Source of the DNA: Candidatus Parcubacteria bacterium
GTDB taxonomy: Bacteria; Patescibacteriota; Minisyncoccia; Phycocordibacterales; Phycocordibacteraceae
Direction: 5' to 3'
NCBI GenBank assembly: GCA_034666125.1
Contig: JAXDML010000010.1
Location: 52,260 to 116,259 of the forward strand
DNA length: 64,000 nt
Position 1 is the stretch's first letter. Every line of letters starts with the position of its first letter. Under the pieces are notes generated by a model. It saw only the letters and a list, made by a program, of their open reading frames with translations, was not told the origin of the DNA and did not search any database. This document shows positions 37,810 through 47,388 of this stretch, piece after piece. Position numbers and translations under genes: made by a program.

Positions 37810-38523
37810 ATGACTACCGATACTTCGGCCAAAGCCGATGGGGGGATTGGCGTTGACCGTCTTTTCGAGACGGGCGCTCACTTCGCGCAGGTGAAGAGCC
37901 GCCGCCATCCTTCCATGAAGCCCTTCGTGATCGGCACGAAGTCCAAGGTCGAGATATTCGACCTCCAGAAGACCGACGAGCAGCTCGCGAAGGCGAAGCA
38001 GGCGATGGGAGCGCTCGCGCGTGACGGCAAGACCGTACTCTTCGTGGGCGGGAAGCGCGAGGTCTCCGACAGCGTTCGTGAAGCCGCTCGCCGCATCGGA
38101 CAGCCGTATGTCGCCGGCCGCTGGCTCGGCGGGACCCTCTCGAACTTCGTCGAGATCAAGAAGCGCATCGATCGCCTGTCCGACCTGACGCAGAAACGCG
38201 AATCCGGCGAGCTCGCGAAGATTTACACCAAGCTCGAGCGTGTCTTCATCGACCGCGAGATCACCCGCCTCGAGGAGCGCCTTGGTGGTATCGCCGCTCT
38301 CGCAAAGCGCCCGGACGCCATGGTCATCGTGGATACGAAGCACGAGGCGCATGCGTCGAAGGAGGCGCGCGACGCCGGCATCCCGGTCATCGGCATCATG
38401 AGCTCCGATTGCGATCTTACCGACGCGGCATTCCCGATCGTAGTGAACGACGCGTCGCGCGCGACCGTCAAGCTCGTGCTCGACGAGCTCGCAACGGCCT
38501 TCGAGACGGGCAGCAAGGCCTAA
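37810..38523 (+). CDS. rpsB: 30S ribosomal protein S2
   Basis: GAHF, LFVGGK, RWLGGTLSNF, NDA; upstream of tsf. Confidence 0.95.
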   Translation: MTTDTSAKADGGIGVDRLFETGAHFAQVKSRRHPSMKPFVIGTKSKVEIFDLQKTDEQLAKAKQAMGALARDGKTVLFVGGKREVSDSVREAARRIGQPYVAGRWLGGTLSNFVEIKKRIDRLSDLTQKRESGELAKIYTKLERVFIDREITRLEERLGGIAALAKRPDAMVIVDTKHEAHASKEARDAGIPVIGIMSSDCDLTDAAFPIVVNDASRATVKLVLDELATAFETGSKA

Positions 38524-38577
38524 TTTCCGTACGGGCAGCGGGGCAATTTACGTAATCAAACCTTAAGCACTTTCGAC

Positions 38578-39159
38578 ATGGACATCTCAATGGACGCAGT
38601 GAAGGGACTCCGCGACAGGACGGGCGTTTCCGTCATGCAGTGCCGCAAGGCTCTGGAGGAAGCGGGAGGCGACCTTGAGAAGGCAGAGGTGATCCTCAGG
38701 AAGAAGAGCGGCGCGGCTGCCGACAAGAAGTCCGATCGGGACCTGGGAGCCGGCGCGGTCGCCACGTATGTCCATGGCGGCGAGATCGGCGCGATGGTGC
38801 TCCTTTCCTGCGAGACCGACTTCGTTGCGCGCAACGAGGAGTTCCCGCAGCTCGCGCGCGAGATAGCCATGCAGGTCGCCGCGAGCAACCCCACCTACCT
38901 CAACGAGTCCGATATCGCCGAGGACGCGCAAGCGGCAGCGAAGTCCGTATTCATGGAGGAAGTGAAGGACAAGCCCGCCGCCATGCAGGAGAAGATCCTG
39001 GAAGGGAAGATGGCGAGCTACTTCAAGGACCAGGTCCTCATGAACCAGCCGTATATCAAGGACGAATCGAAGACTGTCCGCGATCTCATTACGGAAGCCT
39101 CCCAAAAGTTTGGAGAGCGTGTTGAAGTCACCAAGTTCGCACGTTTTTCAGCGCGCTAG
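38578..39159 (+). CDS. tsf: Elongation factor Ts (short form)
   Basis: LRDRTG..MQCRKAL, CETDFVA. Confidence 0.96.
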   Translation: MDISMDAVKGLRDRTGVSVMQCRKALEEAGGDLEKAEVILRKKSGAAADKKSDRDLGAGAVATYVHGGEIGAMVLLSCETDFVARNEEFPQLAREIAMQVAASNPTYLNESDIAEDAQAAAKSVFMEEVKDKPAAMQEKILEGKMASYFKDQVLMNQPYIKDESKTVRDLITEASQKFGERVEVTKFARFSAR

Positions 39160-39242
39160 AAGCGGCCGGTGCGCATACCGTCGCCCCACCAGGATGTCAG
39201 TATGCGCGCCGGTCGCGTCTGGTGATACAATAGTCCGAACGT

Positions 39243-39671
39243 ATGCCGTATCTCATCAGTATCCTCGTCGCAGGGGCCCTGTTCTTGGCCTTTCTCCTGC
39301 TGACCGCGTATGAGGCGAGACGGGGTAGTCGTTTCTTCGCGACGTTCCGCTATAGGCTCGACTCGAAAGTGTCCCGCGCTCAGTTCCTCGTCGAGCACAT
39401 CGACTGGGGCGCGCTCACCGCGCATCTGACCCGCACCTCGCTCAATACGGTGGCTCACGACGCCGCGCATGGCACGCTTATCGGGGTCCGTGCCGTGGAG
39501 CGCAACCTCACGCGCGCCGTGAGCGTCCTGCGCACGCGGCGCGAAAATACCGCCCCGCCTCCCCGCATAGCGACGGCCGGTGAAGACGCGCCGCGTTCCG
39601 CCCCCGACGTGCTTCTCTCGCAGAGAGCTCATACGATGGGCGACATCGTGCGAAAGGAAGGGGAGGGGTAA
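39243..39671 (+). CDS. Hypothetical membrane protein
   Basis: N-terminal TM; TG-n-TACAAT upstream. Confidence 0.65.
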   Translation: MPYLISILVAGALFLAFLLLTAYEARRGSRFFATFRYRLDSKVSRAQFLVEHIDWGALTAHLTRTSLNTVAHDAAHGTLIGVRAVERNLTRAVSVLRTRRENTAPPPRIATAGEDAPRSAPDVLLSQRAHTMGDIVRKEGEG

Positions 39672-39690
39672 ACTACGTACATAGACACTT

Positions 39691-39763
39691 GCCGGTGTAG
39701 CTCAGTTGGTAGAGCAGCTGTTTTGTAAACAGCAGGTCGTGGGTTCGAACCCCTCCGCCGGCT
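39691..39763 (+). tRNA. tRNA-Thr(TGT), CCA not encoded
   Basis: Acceptor GCCGGTG/CGCCGGC; D arm AGCTCAGTTGGTAGAGC; anticodon stem GCTGT/ACAGC with loop TTTGTAA; T loop TTCGAAC. Confidence 0.95.
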
Positions 39764-39824
39764 CCGGTTTTCCCATAAGGACGGCGCATTGCCCCAAGCC
39801 ACGGTATGGGCATATACTTTATCC

Positions 39825-40346
39825 ATGACAGCCATGGAGCACGCGCTTGGCCGCCTGCCCGCCGACTCCGGCAAAGGCGAGGCGTTGCCCGCACGACTCG
39901 AGACGGCTTTACGGGAACTCCGGGAACGGCTGCTCGCCCGGTATCCGCGTCAGTTCACGAGGGAAGAGGCCGTTCCCGAAGACCTCGTTGAGGACGAGGA
40001 AGACGATGACACGATGGAGAGCGACGACGGTCCGACAGCCTTACCCGAGGAGCGGGAAATGGTCGTCCTTGAGGCTGAGGAGATCCTGGAAGACAGGATG
40101 AAGCGCTTCGCGGGACTCATGGCCATGCTCGCGCCCGGGCTGCTCTTCACGAATCTGCTCGTGCGGCTTACGCAGGGAGGCCCCGACTCCTCTCAGCTTG
40201 GCGCGCTCTTTAATATGGGAACGGTCGGAGGCGCAGCGGTCGCTACGATCCTTGCGGTAACGAACATGATGAAGGCGGACCGGGTATACGAGACCATCGA
40301 TCCTAATGATCCGGACGATATCGCGCGGCTCTCCGCGAAGATTTGA
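39825..40346 (+). CDS. Hypothetical protein, acidic N-region plus two TM helices
   Basis: TTGCCC-18-TATACT then ATG 39825 six nt later; two hydrophobic segments. Confidence 0.65.
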   Translation: MTAMEHALGRLPADSGKGEALPARLETALRELRERLLARYPRQFTREEAVPEDLVEDEEDDDTMESDDGPTALPEEREMVVLEAEEILEDRMKRFAGLMAMLAPGLLFTNLLVRLTQGGPDSSQLGALFNMGTVGGAAVATILAVTNMMKADRVYETIDPNDPDDIARLSAKI

Positions 40347-40348
40347 CT

Positions 40349-40471
40349 ATGGACCAGAACGACTACACGCTCATCGCCAAGGAGCTCGACGAGAAGCTCT
40401 CGCTTGAGCAGAAGCTGGAACTCATCGCGGAATTGAATGCGCTTCTTGACGGACCTGGAACCAGGGACTAA
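40349..40471 (+). CDS. Small 40-aa helical protein, below ORF-track cutoff
   Basis: MDQNDYTLIAKELDEKLSLEQKLELIAELNALLDGPGTRD; starts 2 nt after upstream stop; host-like codon usage. Confidence 0.5.
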   Translation: MDQNDYTLIAKELDEKLSLEQKLELIAELNALLDGPGTRD

Positions 40472-41157
40472 CGCCGGAGCGGGGTCGTGAATGTCGAGGT
40501 AGACGTGGTCGCGAAGAAGTTCTTCGGAAAGTTGAGCTTGAACTCGTCGACCTCCGTGAAGCCGTACGTACGCACGCCGTCGATGACGAAGGCCGGGAAC
40601 CTCGGTTCCACCTTCTCGACCGCGATGAGCGTCTTGAGCGCGCCCAGGTCGAGATTGTAGTCGAAGGAGTAGACGCGCAGATCGGGGTTGGTCTCATGGA
40701 GATACGAGAGCGCGTAGCTCGCGCGGTCGCAGTCGTCGCACGCGCCGGTCTCGTTCGAATAGAAATACAGCGCGACGGTCGGGTCGAGGTCGCAGGCCTC
40801 CGCAAGGCGCTTCGTGAGGAGATAGTCGCGTATCTGTACGAGCGTGTACTGCTTCCTGAGCTGGATCACCTGATCGTTGTCGTTCCCGAGCTGGGTCTCG
40901 GCGAAGGCGAGCCGGTCGCCGAGGTCCGTCATCTCGCGCGAGAGGGTATTGCCCTCGGAAAGGTTCGCGCAGGAGGTCTCTTCAAGAAGCGCGAATTGCG
41001 TCTCGATGGAAAGGGTGTCGGTCGCGAGGCGGGTCTGGAGGTCGTTCAGCTGGGCGACGCGTTTCCGATCGAGGTAGTTGATCGCGTAGATGACGCTGCC
41101 GATGATGGCAAGCGTGATGACCAGGGCGATGACGGCGTTCCGGGCGGGCAGTGACAT
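40468..41157 (-). CDS. Membrane-anchored coiled-coil + thioredoxin-like (CxxC) protein
   Basis: N-term TM, LYFYS...CDDC, VYSFD, FPAFVIDG. Confidence 0.75.
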   Translation of the reverse strand: MSLPARNAVIALVITLAIIGSVIYAINYLDRKRVAQLNDLQTRLATDTLSIETQFALLEETSCANLSEGNTLSREMTDLGDRLAFAETQLGNDNDQVIQLRKQYTLVQIRDYLLTKRLAEACDLDPTVALYFYSNETGACDDCDRASYALSYLHETNPDLRVYSFDYNLDLGALKTLIAVEKVEPRFPAFVIDGVRTYGFTEVDEFKLNFPKNFFATTSTSTFTTPLRR

Positions 41158-41180
41158 ATATCTATCAGTTTAGGGGAATT

Positions 41181-42422
41181 CTAACGCCAAGGGCGCTTGG
41201 TGCCTAGGGCGACGTCCTTGAGGGACCTGAGGAGCCATAGGGGAGCGATGAGGCGGAAGATGAGCGTATACGCGAGGATGCCCGTGAAGAGCTTCGCCGG
41301 AGTGTTCGACACTCTCTTTCCGATGATGATGAACAGGATGATGCCGGCGCTCGAAACGATGGCGAGGACCGAAAGGACGGAGAGCGGTATGAAGAACCAC
41401 TCGTGCGGTATCTGGGAGAAGGTGTAGGAAAAGGGGATGCCGCGGTGCACGAGGTATCCCTGGACGACATCGTCCACGATCGAGAATATGAGCATGCCGA
41501 AGAGTACGATGCCTCCCAGGATCGCCAAGAAGCCGAGCGGAAGGACCATGAGGCCGAGCACACCGAAGCGGGGATTGGCGATCATGCCGCGGTAGTCGAA
41601 GGCCACGTTCCGGAGAAAGCCCGACGTCCAGCGGGTGCGCTGCTTGATGAGGCCGCGTACGCTCGCGGGGACCTTGGTGTACACGCGGGCTTTAGGCGCG
41701 TTCTCGATCCAGTACCCTTCGCGCTGCAGGCGGAGCGCCATCTCCATGTCCTCGGTCTGATGCCCGAACCGGAAGCCGCCGACCTTGAGCACGATGGCTC
41801 GGCGATAGAGGGAGAACGGCCCCGGGGTCACGTAGATGCCGTTCACGGCCGACATAACGTGCCGGAGCGCGATGCCGAGGATATATTCGACGTGCTGCAT
41901 GACCTCGAGCGGCTTCTTGGGGTCGTGGACGGACATGGCGACGGTCGCCGCCGCCACGCGCGGGTCGTCGAAGCAGGAGATGATCTCGCGCAGCGCGCTC
42001 TTCTCGACGTACGAATCGGCGTCGAGGCAGCCGACCAGTTCGGCATCCTTCGCGTATTCGATGCCGGTGTTGAGCGCGGCGTGCTTCCCGCCGTTCAGCT
42101 GGTGGATGATCTTCACGCGCGGATGGTCCGCGAACGCCTCGTCGAGGATCTCGCCCGAACGGTCGGTCGAGCCGTCGTTCACGACGATGATCTCAAGCCT
42201 GTCCTCGGGATAGTCGAGGGTGAGGAGGGACTCGACGTTCCCCTTGATGGTCGGCTCCTCGTTCCAGCAGGGGACGATCATCGCGACGTGGGGCGTGCGG
42301 GTGCTCAACGGGCGGGCGCGGCGCTCCCGGGCGGGGCCCGAAAGGAAGGTCAGCAGGACGAAGACCTCGAAGTAGAGGCCTATGAAGAGGAGCCCGTAGA
42401 TGAGCACTTCGATGCCACCCAT
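41181..42422 (-). CDS. Processive GT2 glycosyltransferase (cellulose synthase/PgaC-like)
   Basis: VPCWNEE, NDGSTD, GGKHAALN, DADS, TED, QRTRW, flanking TMs; start ATG 42422. Confidence 0.92.
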   Translation of the reverse strand: MGGIEVLIYGLLFIGLYFEVFVLLTFLSGPARERRARPLSTRTPHVAMIVPCWNEEPTIKGNVESLLTLDYPEDRLEIIVVNDGSTDRSGEILDEAFADHPRVKIIHQLNGGKHAALNTGIEYAKDAELVGCLDADSYVEKSALREIISCFDDPRVAAATVAMSVHDPKKPLEVMQHVEYILGIALRHVMSAVNGIYVTPGPFSLYRRAIVLKVGGFRFGHQTEDMEMALRLQREGYWIENAPKARVYTKVPASVRGLIKQRTRWTSGFLRNVAFDYRGMIANPRFGVLGLMVLPLGFLAILGGIVLFGMLIFSIVDDVVQGYLVHRGIPFSYTFSQIPHEWFFIPLSVLSVLAIVSSAGIILFIIIGKRVSNTPAKLFTGILAYTLIFRLIAPLWLLRSLKDVALGTKRPWR

Positions 42423-42483
42423 GATGGGGAAAGTATAGCAAAATAAGGTGTTTTTTCCATGGAGTACGGTATATTCTGGAGAT

Positions 42484-43215
42484 ATGGCCAACGGACGTCT
42501 TCACCCCCTGACCGCCGCTACCCGCGAGATCGCGGACATCTTCGGACGCATGGGCTTCGGTATCGCGGAAGGGCCGGAACTCGAGGACGAGTGGCACAAC
42601 TTCACGGCGCTCCGCATTCCCGAGGACCATCCGGCCCGCGACATGCAGGACACCTTCTGGACAAAGGAAGAGCCTTCCCGCGTCCCGCGCACGCATACGT
42701 CACCGACCCAGATCCGGTATATGGAGGAACAGATGAAGAAGGGAATGCCGCCGCCGTACCGCATCATCGTGCCCGGCAAGGTCTTCCGCAACGAGGCGAC
42801 CGACGCGACCCACGAGGCGCAGTTCTATCAGAACGAGGGACTGGCGGTGGGAGAGGGCATCACGCTCGCGCACCTCAAGGGAACGCTCGACCGATTCTTC
42901 AGGGACTATATCGGCGAGAGCGCGCAGGTGCGCTTCCGCCCGAGCTACTTCTCGTTCACCGAGCCGTCGGTGGAAGTCGACGTGTGGTACGAAGCGCCGG
43001 GTAAAGAAGGCAAATGGCTCGAGGTCATGGGCGCGGGCATGGTGCATCCCGACGTCTTGCGAAACGCCGGAGTTGACCCTGAGAAATACCAGGGTTTCGC
43101 CTTCGGCGTGGGCATCGAGCGGCTCGTCATGATTAAGCACGGCGTAACCGATATCCGAGGCTTCCACTCGGGTGATATCCGCTTCGTGCACGCCTTCGAC
43201 ACGACCGTGCAGTAG
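42484..43215 (+). CDS. pheS: Phenylalanine-tRNA ligase alpha subunit (lacks N-terminal arm)
   Basis: GRLHPL, HPARDMQDTF, RTHTSP, FSFTEPS, GFAFGVGIER; start ATG 42484. Confidence 0.96.
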   Translation: MANGRLHPLTAATREIADIFGRMGFGIAEGPELEDEWHNFTALRIPEDHPARDMQDTFWTKEEPSRVPRTHTSPTQIRYMEEQMKKGMPPPYRIIVPGKVFRNEATDATHEAQFYQNEGLAVGEGITLAHLKGTLDRFFRDYIGESAQVRFRPSYFSFTEPSVEVDVWYEAPGKEGKWLEVMGAGMVHPDVLRNAGVDPEKYQGFAFGVGIERLVMIKHGVTDIRGFHSGDIRFVHAFDTTVQ

Positions 43216-43223
43216 CTAATCAT

Positions 43224-43559
43224 ATGGAAAACGTTTCTTACCAGGATTTCCTTAACGTTGAGCTGAGAGCCGGGACCATTCTCGAAGTCCAAGACTTTCC
43301 CGAGGCTCGACATCCCGCGTTAAAGCTGCAGGTCGATTTTGGCGAGTTCGGTATCAAATGGTCGAGTTCGCAGATCACCACCCTTTACGCGAAGGAAGAT
43401 CTCGTTGGCAGGCAGATCATCGGGGCGGTCAATCTAGGCGACAAGAAGGTCGGGGCTTTCACGTCTGAATTCCTCACCACGGGATTCAAGGACGCTGACG
43501 GGAATATCGTGCTTGCCCAGCCCGATCGACCGGTACCGAACGGCGAGAAGCTCCTCTAA
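43224..43559 (+). CDS. csaA: CsaA/Trbp111-like OB-fold tRNA-binding protein
   Basis: DFLNVELRAGTI...FPEARHPALKL.VDFG..GIKWSSSQIT...VNL...SEFL.TG...PNG. Confidence 0.85.
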   Translation: MENVSYQDFLNVELRAGTILEVQDFPEARHPALKLQVDFGEFGIKWSSSQITTLYAKEDLVGRQIIGAVNLGDKKVGAFTSEFLTTGFKDADGNIVLAQPDRPVPNGEKLL

Positions 43560-43561
43560 CC

Positions 43562-45457
43562 ATGAAAGTCTCCCGTAACTGGCTGCAGAAGTTCTTCGAA
43601 GCGCCTCTGCCGGAGGCAGAGGCGCTCGCGGGCGCCCTTACCTTCCACTCCTCGGAAGTCGAAGAGATCCAGGGAGACGTGCTCGACGTGAAGGTGCTTC
43701 CCGACCGCGCCTGCTACATGCTCTCGCACCGCGGCGTCGCAAGCGAGGTTGCCGCCGCGCTCGACATCCCAATGAAGGACGACCCGCTGGCAGCGCCCTT
43801 GCCTGCATGGCCGACCACGGAACAACTTGAACTAACGATACGCATTGACGGCTGCCTGCGCCACCTGGGAGCATTGGTCAGAGGAGTGAGGGTCGGGCCG
43901 TCTCCCGATTGGTTACGGAAAGCGCTCGAATCCGTGGGACAGCGTTCCGTAAACAACATCGTGGACGCTACCAACTACGTGACGCTCAATATGGGTCAGC
44001 CGCTCCACGCGTTCGACGCTTCGAAGATCGGATCGGATCGTGGGATACTCCGCGTAGGAGTGCGCGACACCCTGGAGGGAGAATCGATACAGGTTCTCTC
44101 CGGAGAGACCTACGTCCTTCCCGAAGGAACGCTCGTGATCTGCGAGGGCGTCGACGGAAAACTGCTTGATATCGCGGGCATCAAGGGAGGCATGGCATCG
44201 GCGATAACGGAGCAGACGACGGATCTGTTCATATCGGTCGCGAATTTCGACGGTACGTCCATACGGCGCGCGGCACAGGCACTGAAGCTCTTTACCGACG
44301 CGTCTGCGCGTTTCCAGAACCGCCCGTCATCGGAGCTCGTCGCGTACGGCATGCGGGACGTCCTCAGCCTCATTAGGGAAGTCGCGGGAGGTGAGGTGGT
44401 CGGCGTGACGGATCAATATCCGGCTCCCGAGAGCATGCCCCGCTTGAGCGTGTCCCTGGAGCGCATAAACAAGGTTCTCGGCACGGCGTACGCCGCTTCC
44501 GACGTGACCGGCGCTCTGGATCGGCTCGGCATCCCGCATACGCTGGAAGGCGAGACATTCCATGTCACGCCGCCATTCGTGCGTTGCGACCTCCGCATCC
44601 CGGAAGACATAGCCGAGGAGGCGGGGCGCGTACTCGGGTATGAGCACGTGCCGCCGACGCTACTCCCGGCTTCGGACGGTGCGCCCGACCAGCTTCGCCA
44701 GCGCGGCATCGAACGCATCAAGGACCTGTTGCTTGAGCGCGGGTACGTGGAGATACTCACGCCGTCGTTCGCGAAAGCGGGGGAAATAGAGCTTGCGAAC
44801 CCGCTTCAGATGGATCGTCCATATCTGCGCCCGGACCTGGCGGGGAATATGCGCGACGCGCTCAGGCGCGCGCGCTACGAGGCGCCGCGCACCCTCGGTC
44901 CCGAGCCGTCTCTCAAGCTTTTCGAGATAGGGACGGTCTTTGCGAGCGCGGGTGAAAGCCTGTCGCTCGCGCTTGGGTACGAGTCGCTTACCGGCAAGAC
45001 GTCGAAGCTTATCCTGGATGACGACATCGACGCGCTTATGGAAACGATGCCGGATGCCGGATTCGCGAAGTCCGTGCTGCACGACGGAACCGTCGCCGAG
45101 CTTTCGCTTGCAGACGTGAATCTTGGGTCTCTCGGAGAAGGGTACGAGCCAAAGCGTCTCATACTGGGTCCGTATCGGCCCTATTCGATCTACCCGTTCG
45201 CGCTTCGCGACATCGCCGTCTGGACGACCGAGGTAACGGAAGAATCGGAGGTTGCGCTTCTGATACAGAAGGAGGCCGGAGAGCTGCTCCTGCGTATGGA
45301 TCTGTTTGATAGGTTCGATAAGGACGGGCGCACGTCGTACGCGTTCCGTCTCGTCTTCGAGGCTCCCGACCGCACGCTTTCAGATGCCGACCTCGATCCG
45401 GTCATGGAACGCATCACCGCCGCCCTGAACTCCCGCGATGGGTGGGAGGTGCGCTGA
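43562..45457 (+). CDS. pheT: Phenylalanine-tRNA ligase beta subunit (short, no B2 domain)
   Basis: MKVSRNWL, NNIVDATNYV...GQPLHAFD, DLRIPEDIAEE, C-terminal anticodon-binding domain RDIAV...DRTL. Confidence 0.93.
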   Translation: MKVSRNWLQKFFEAPLPEAEALAGALTFHSSEVEEIQGDVLDVKVLPDRACYMLSHRGVASEVAAALDIPMKDDPLAAPLPAWPTTEQLELTIRIDGCLRHLGALVRGVRVGPSPDWLRKALESVGQRSVNNIVDATNYVTLNMGQPLHAFDASKIGSDRGILRVGVRDTLEGESIQVLSGETYVLPEGTLVICEGVDGKLLDIAGIKGGMASAITEQTTDLFISVANFDGTSIRRAAQALKLFTDASARFQNRPSSELVAYGMRDVLSLIREVAGGEVVGVTDQYPAPESMPRLSVSLERINKVLGTAYAASDVTGALDRLGIPHTLEGETFHVTPPFVRCDLRIPEDIAEEAGRVLGYEHVPPTLLPASDGAPDQLRQRGIERIKDLLLERGYVEILTPSFAKAGEIELANPLQMDRPYLRPDLAGNMRDALRRARYEAPRTLGPEPSLKLFEIGTVFASAGESLSLALGYESLTGKTSKLILDDDIDALMETMPDAGFAKSVLHDGTVAELSLADVNLGSLGEGYEPKRLILGPYRPYSIYPFALRDIAVWTTEVTEESEVALLIQKEAGELLLRMDLFDRFDKDGRTSYAFRLVFEAPDRTLSDADLDPVMERITAALNSRDGWEVR

Positions 45458-45459
45458 AT

Positions 45460-46059
45460 ATGGATTCCCTCACCGTACTCTTTTTCGGCAGGCCCGGCTC
45501 AGGCAAGGGGACTCAGATGCGCTCCCTGCATAAGCATCTTGTAGGAAAGAAGGTTGGCGAAATAGTGCCGTTTGAATGGGCACCGCTGATCCGTTCCTTC
45601 ACAGAAGGGGATTCGAGGATACAGCGCCAGGCTAAGACCGCTATTGATAAGGGGGAAAGGCTTCCCCTTTTCCTCGCTCCGACCCTCTGGCTCCCGGTTT
45701 TCGAGTCCACGCCAGAGAACGCACATTTGCTCGTTGACGGGGTTCCCCGTCACAAGATAGAAGGCGAGCTATTTCACTCGTTGCTCAGTTTTTATAGGGG
45801 TACGCGAGTGGACGTCATTAATCTCGAAGTTCCGGAACAAATATCCCGATTACGTTTACAGCAACGTGGGGAAGCAGAGGGAAGGTCGGATGACCTTACC
45901 GAGGAGTCCATACAGAAACGCCTCGATTGGTTCGTTACCGATACGCTCCCGCTCCTCGATTTCTTTAGGCAGAACGCACTATACCGAGTACATGATATAG
46001 ACGGGACTCAAGGTCGAGACGATGTCGCACAAGCAATTAAAGACTCCGTACTCCCTTAG
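45460..46059 (+). CDS. Adenylate/nucleoside-monophosphate kinase (short, no LID)
   Basis: GRPGSGKGTQ, LVDGVPR, GRSDD. Confidence 0.85.
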   Translation: MDSLTVLFFGRPGSGKGTQMRSLHKHLVGKKVGEIVPFEWAPLIRSFTEGDSRIQRQAKTAIDKGERLPLFLAPTLWLPVFESTPENAHLLVDGVPRHKIEGELFHSLLSFYRGTRVDVINLEVPEQISRLRLQQRGEAEGRSDDLTEESIQKRLDWFVTDTLPLLDFFRQNALYRVHDIDGTQGRDDVAQAIKDSVLP

Positions 46060-46538
46060 CGAGAAAGCTCTTTCTCAAGGCCGCTAAGGTCAGCGTAGAT
46101 AGCGTCGAAGCCTTCAGAGACTTCGGGTGGTTCGGTCCTCATCTTCTCCTCCATCCACTGCATGACCTTAAGAGGAACGACACGATCCCTGGCTACGTTC
46201 CGTTCCTGTGCTACGGCAAATGAAACGTCGAACAGCACTCCAACTATCCGGTTAGCGTTATGGTCGCGGAGGAAATCGATCATCGATTTTCGCTTCCACC
46301 TCTCAAGGAACGTGGCATCCAGGACTACTCCCTGACCCGCTCCGAGAGCTTCCGCAGTACGAAGATTCGCTTCTTCCCAGACAGCTTTCTGGTCCGAATG
46401 GTCCCGCGCATCGCCTAGATGCTCTTCCCGGATCTCGTCCCGATTGATGTACGCAAGACCGTACTTTTCGGCTAGCGGCTTCAAGAAGGTCGTCTTTCCA
46501 GAACCCGGGAGCCCGATGGCCATGATGGCGATCCTCAT
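46056..46538 (-). CDS. P-loop kinase, AAA_33/polynucleotide-kinase-like
   Basis: GLPGSGKTT, D.IR, VVLDATF, RN..R.R.VP, P...EGF; start ATG 46538. Confidence 0.82.
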   Translation of the reverse strand: MRIAIMAIGLPGSGKTTFLKPLAEKYGLAYINRDEIREEHLGDARDHSDQKAVWEEANLRTAEALGAGQGVVLDATFLERWKRKSMIDFLRDHNANRIVGVLFDVSFAVAQERNVARDRVVPLKVMQWMEEKMRTEPPEVSEGFDAIYADLSGLEKELSR

Positions 46539-46585
46539 TAGGTCAGAGGATACCACGCTTGACTTGCGGCCTACATTAGCTTTAC

Positions 46586-47344
46586 ATGAAGAGCGGGGAG
46601 GCCTTTAAGAAAGGGACTCAAGTCATGCATCCATACGCTGATCCTACGGTGATCATGTGGTGGGTGCGTCATCCACACAGCGTCGCCATCCAAGACGATA
46701 CCTATTACGGTGATGGGTGCGACATCACCAAGCGCGGAAAGAAGCAGCTTATGCGACTGGGCAGGGAGATCGAGCGCTTGCGCCCCGACCTTATCCTGTG
46801 CAGTCCGGCACTACGGTCCGTGAGGGTCGTACAAGAGTCGGACATCCACTTGTGTGACCGCTTGCGGCGAGAACCCGCTGTCGGGGAGTGGCCGCGTGCG
46901 ACCTGTATGCTCGGAAAGCCGAATTCGAGCGAAGAGGTGATGGCTTATCTGGAGAGCCGGATCAAGCGGTTCGGTCCCGGTCAGGAGGTGTTGCCGGGCG
47001 AGGAATCGTTCGAGCAGACATGCGAGCTCATGGGGGACATCTCCGAAAAGCTCGTCCTCCAGGGCGCACCCATCCGCGCAAAGCATAAGCGTCCTGCCAG
47101 GATCATCATCCAATCGCACGGGAATCGCGGGCGCCAGTTCTTCGCATGGGCGCTTGCAAACGGCGATCCTGAGCTCTTCAGGGGACTGTTCCATCTGTTC
47201 TATAACAAGATCGGCATCGATCCGACCGGCATCATGCCACCGCTCTGGTACGGCCGGTTCTTCCGCGGAGGAGACCTGGGCTGGAATTCCGACTGGGGTT
47301 CGGTCCGGCATCTTCCGCAAAACTTGCGCGACAGCGCGATCTGA
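46586..47344 (+). CDS. Histidine phosphatase (PGM-like) family protein
   Basis: WVRH, SPALRS, GEES, IIQSHG; start uncertain. Confidence 0.75.
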   Translation: MKSGEAFKKGTQVMHPYADPTVIMWWVRHPHSVAIQDDTYYGDGCDITKRGKKQLMRLGREIERLRPDLILCSPALRSVRVVQESDIHLCDRLRREPAVGEWPRATCMLGKPNSSEEVMAYLESRIKRFGPGQEVLPGEESFEQTCELMGDISEKLVLQGAPIRAKHKRPARIIIQSHGNRGRQFFAWALANGDPELFRGLFHLFYNKIGIDPTGIMPPLWYGRFFRGGDLGWNSDWGSVRHLPQNLRDSAI

Positions 47345-47381
47345 AAGGGGCCCCTCCGCATCGCGCGCGGCGGGGCCTTTT
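47345..47381. terminator. Terminator-like hairpin between convergent genes
   Basis: AAGGGGCCCC...GGGGCCTTTT. Confidence 0.55.
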
Positions 47382-47388
47382 CATATAG

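Noticed and set aside
42448-42483. Phe-Phe codons upstream of pheS as a pheM-like attenuator
   Set aside because: Only two Phe codons, in frame with pheS, no terminator; the region is a 61-bp divergent promoter
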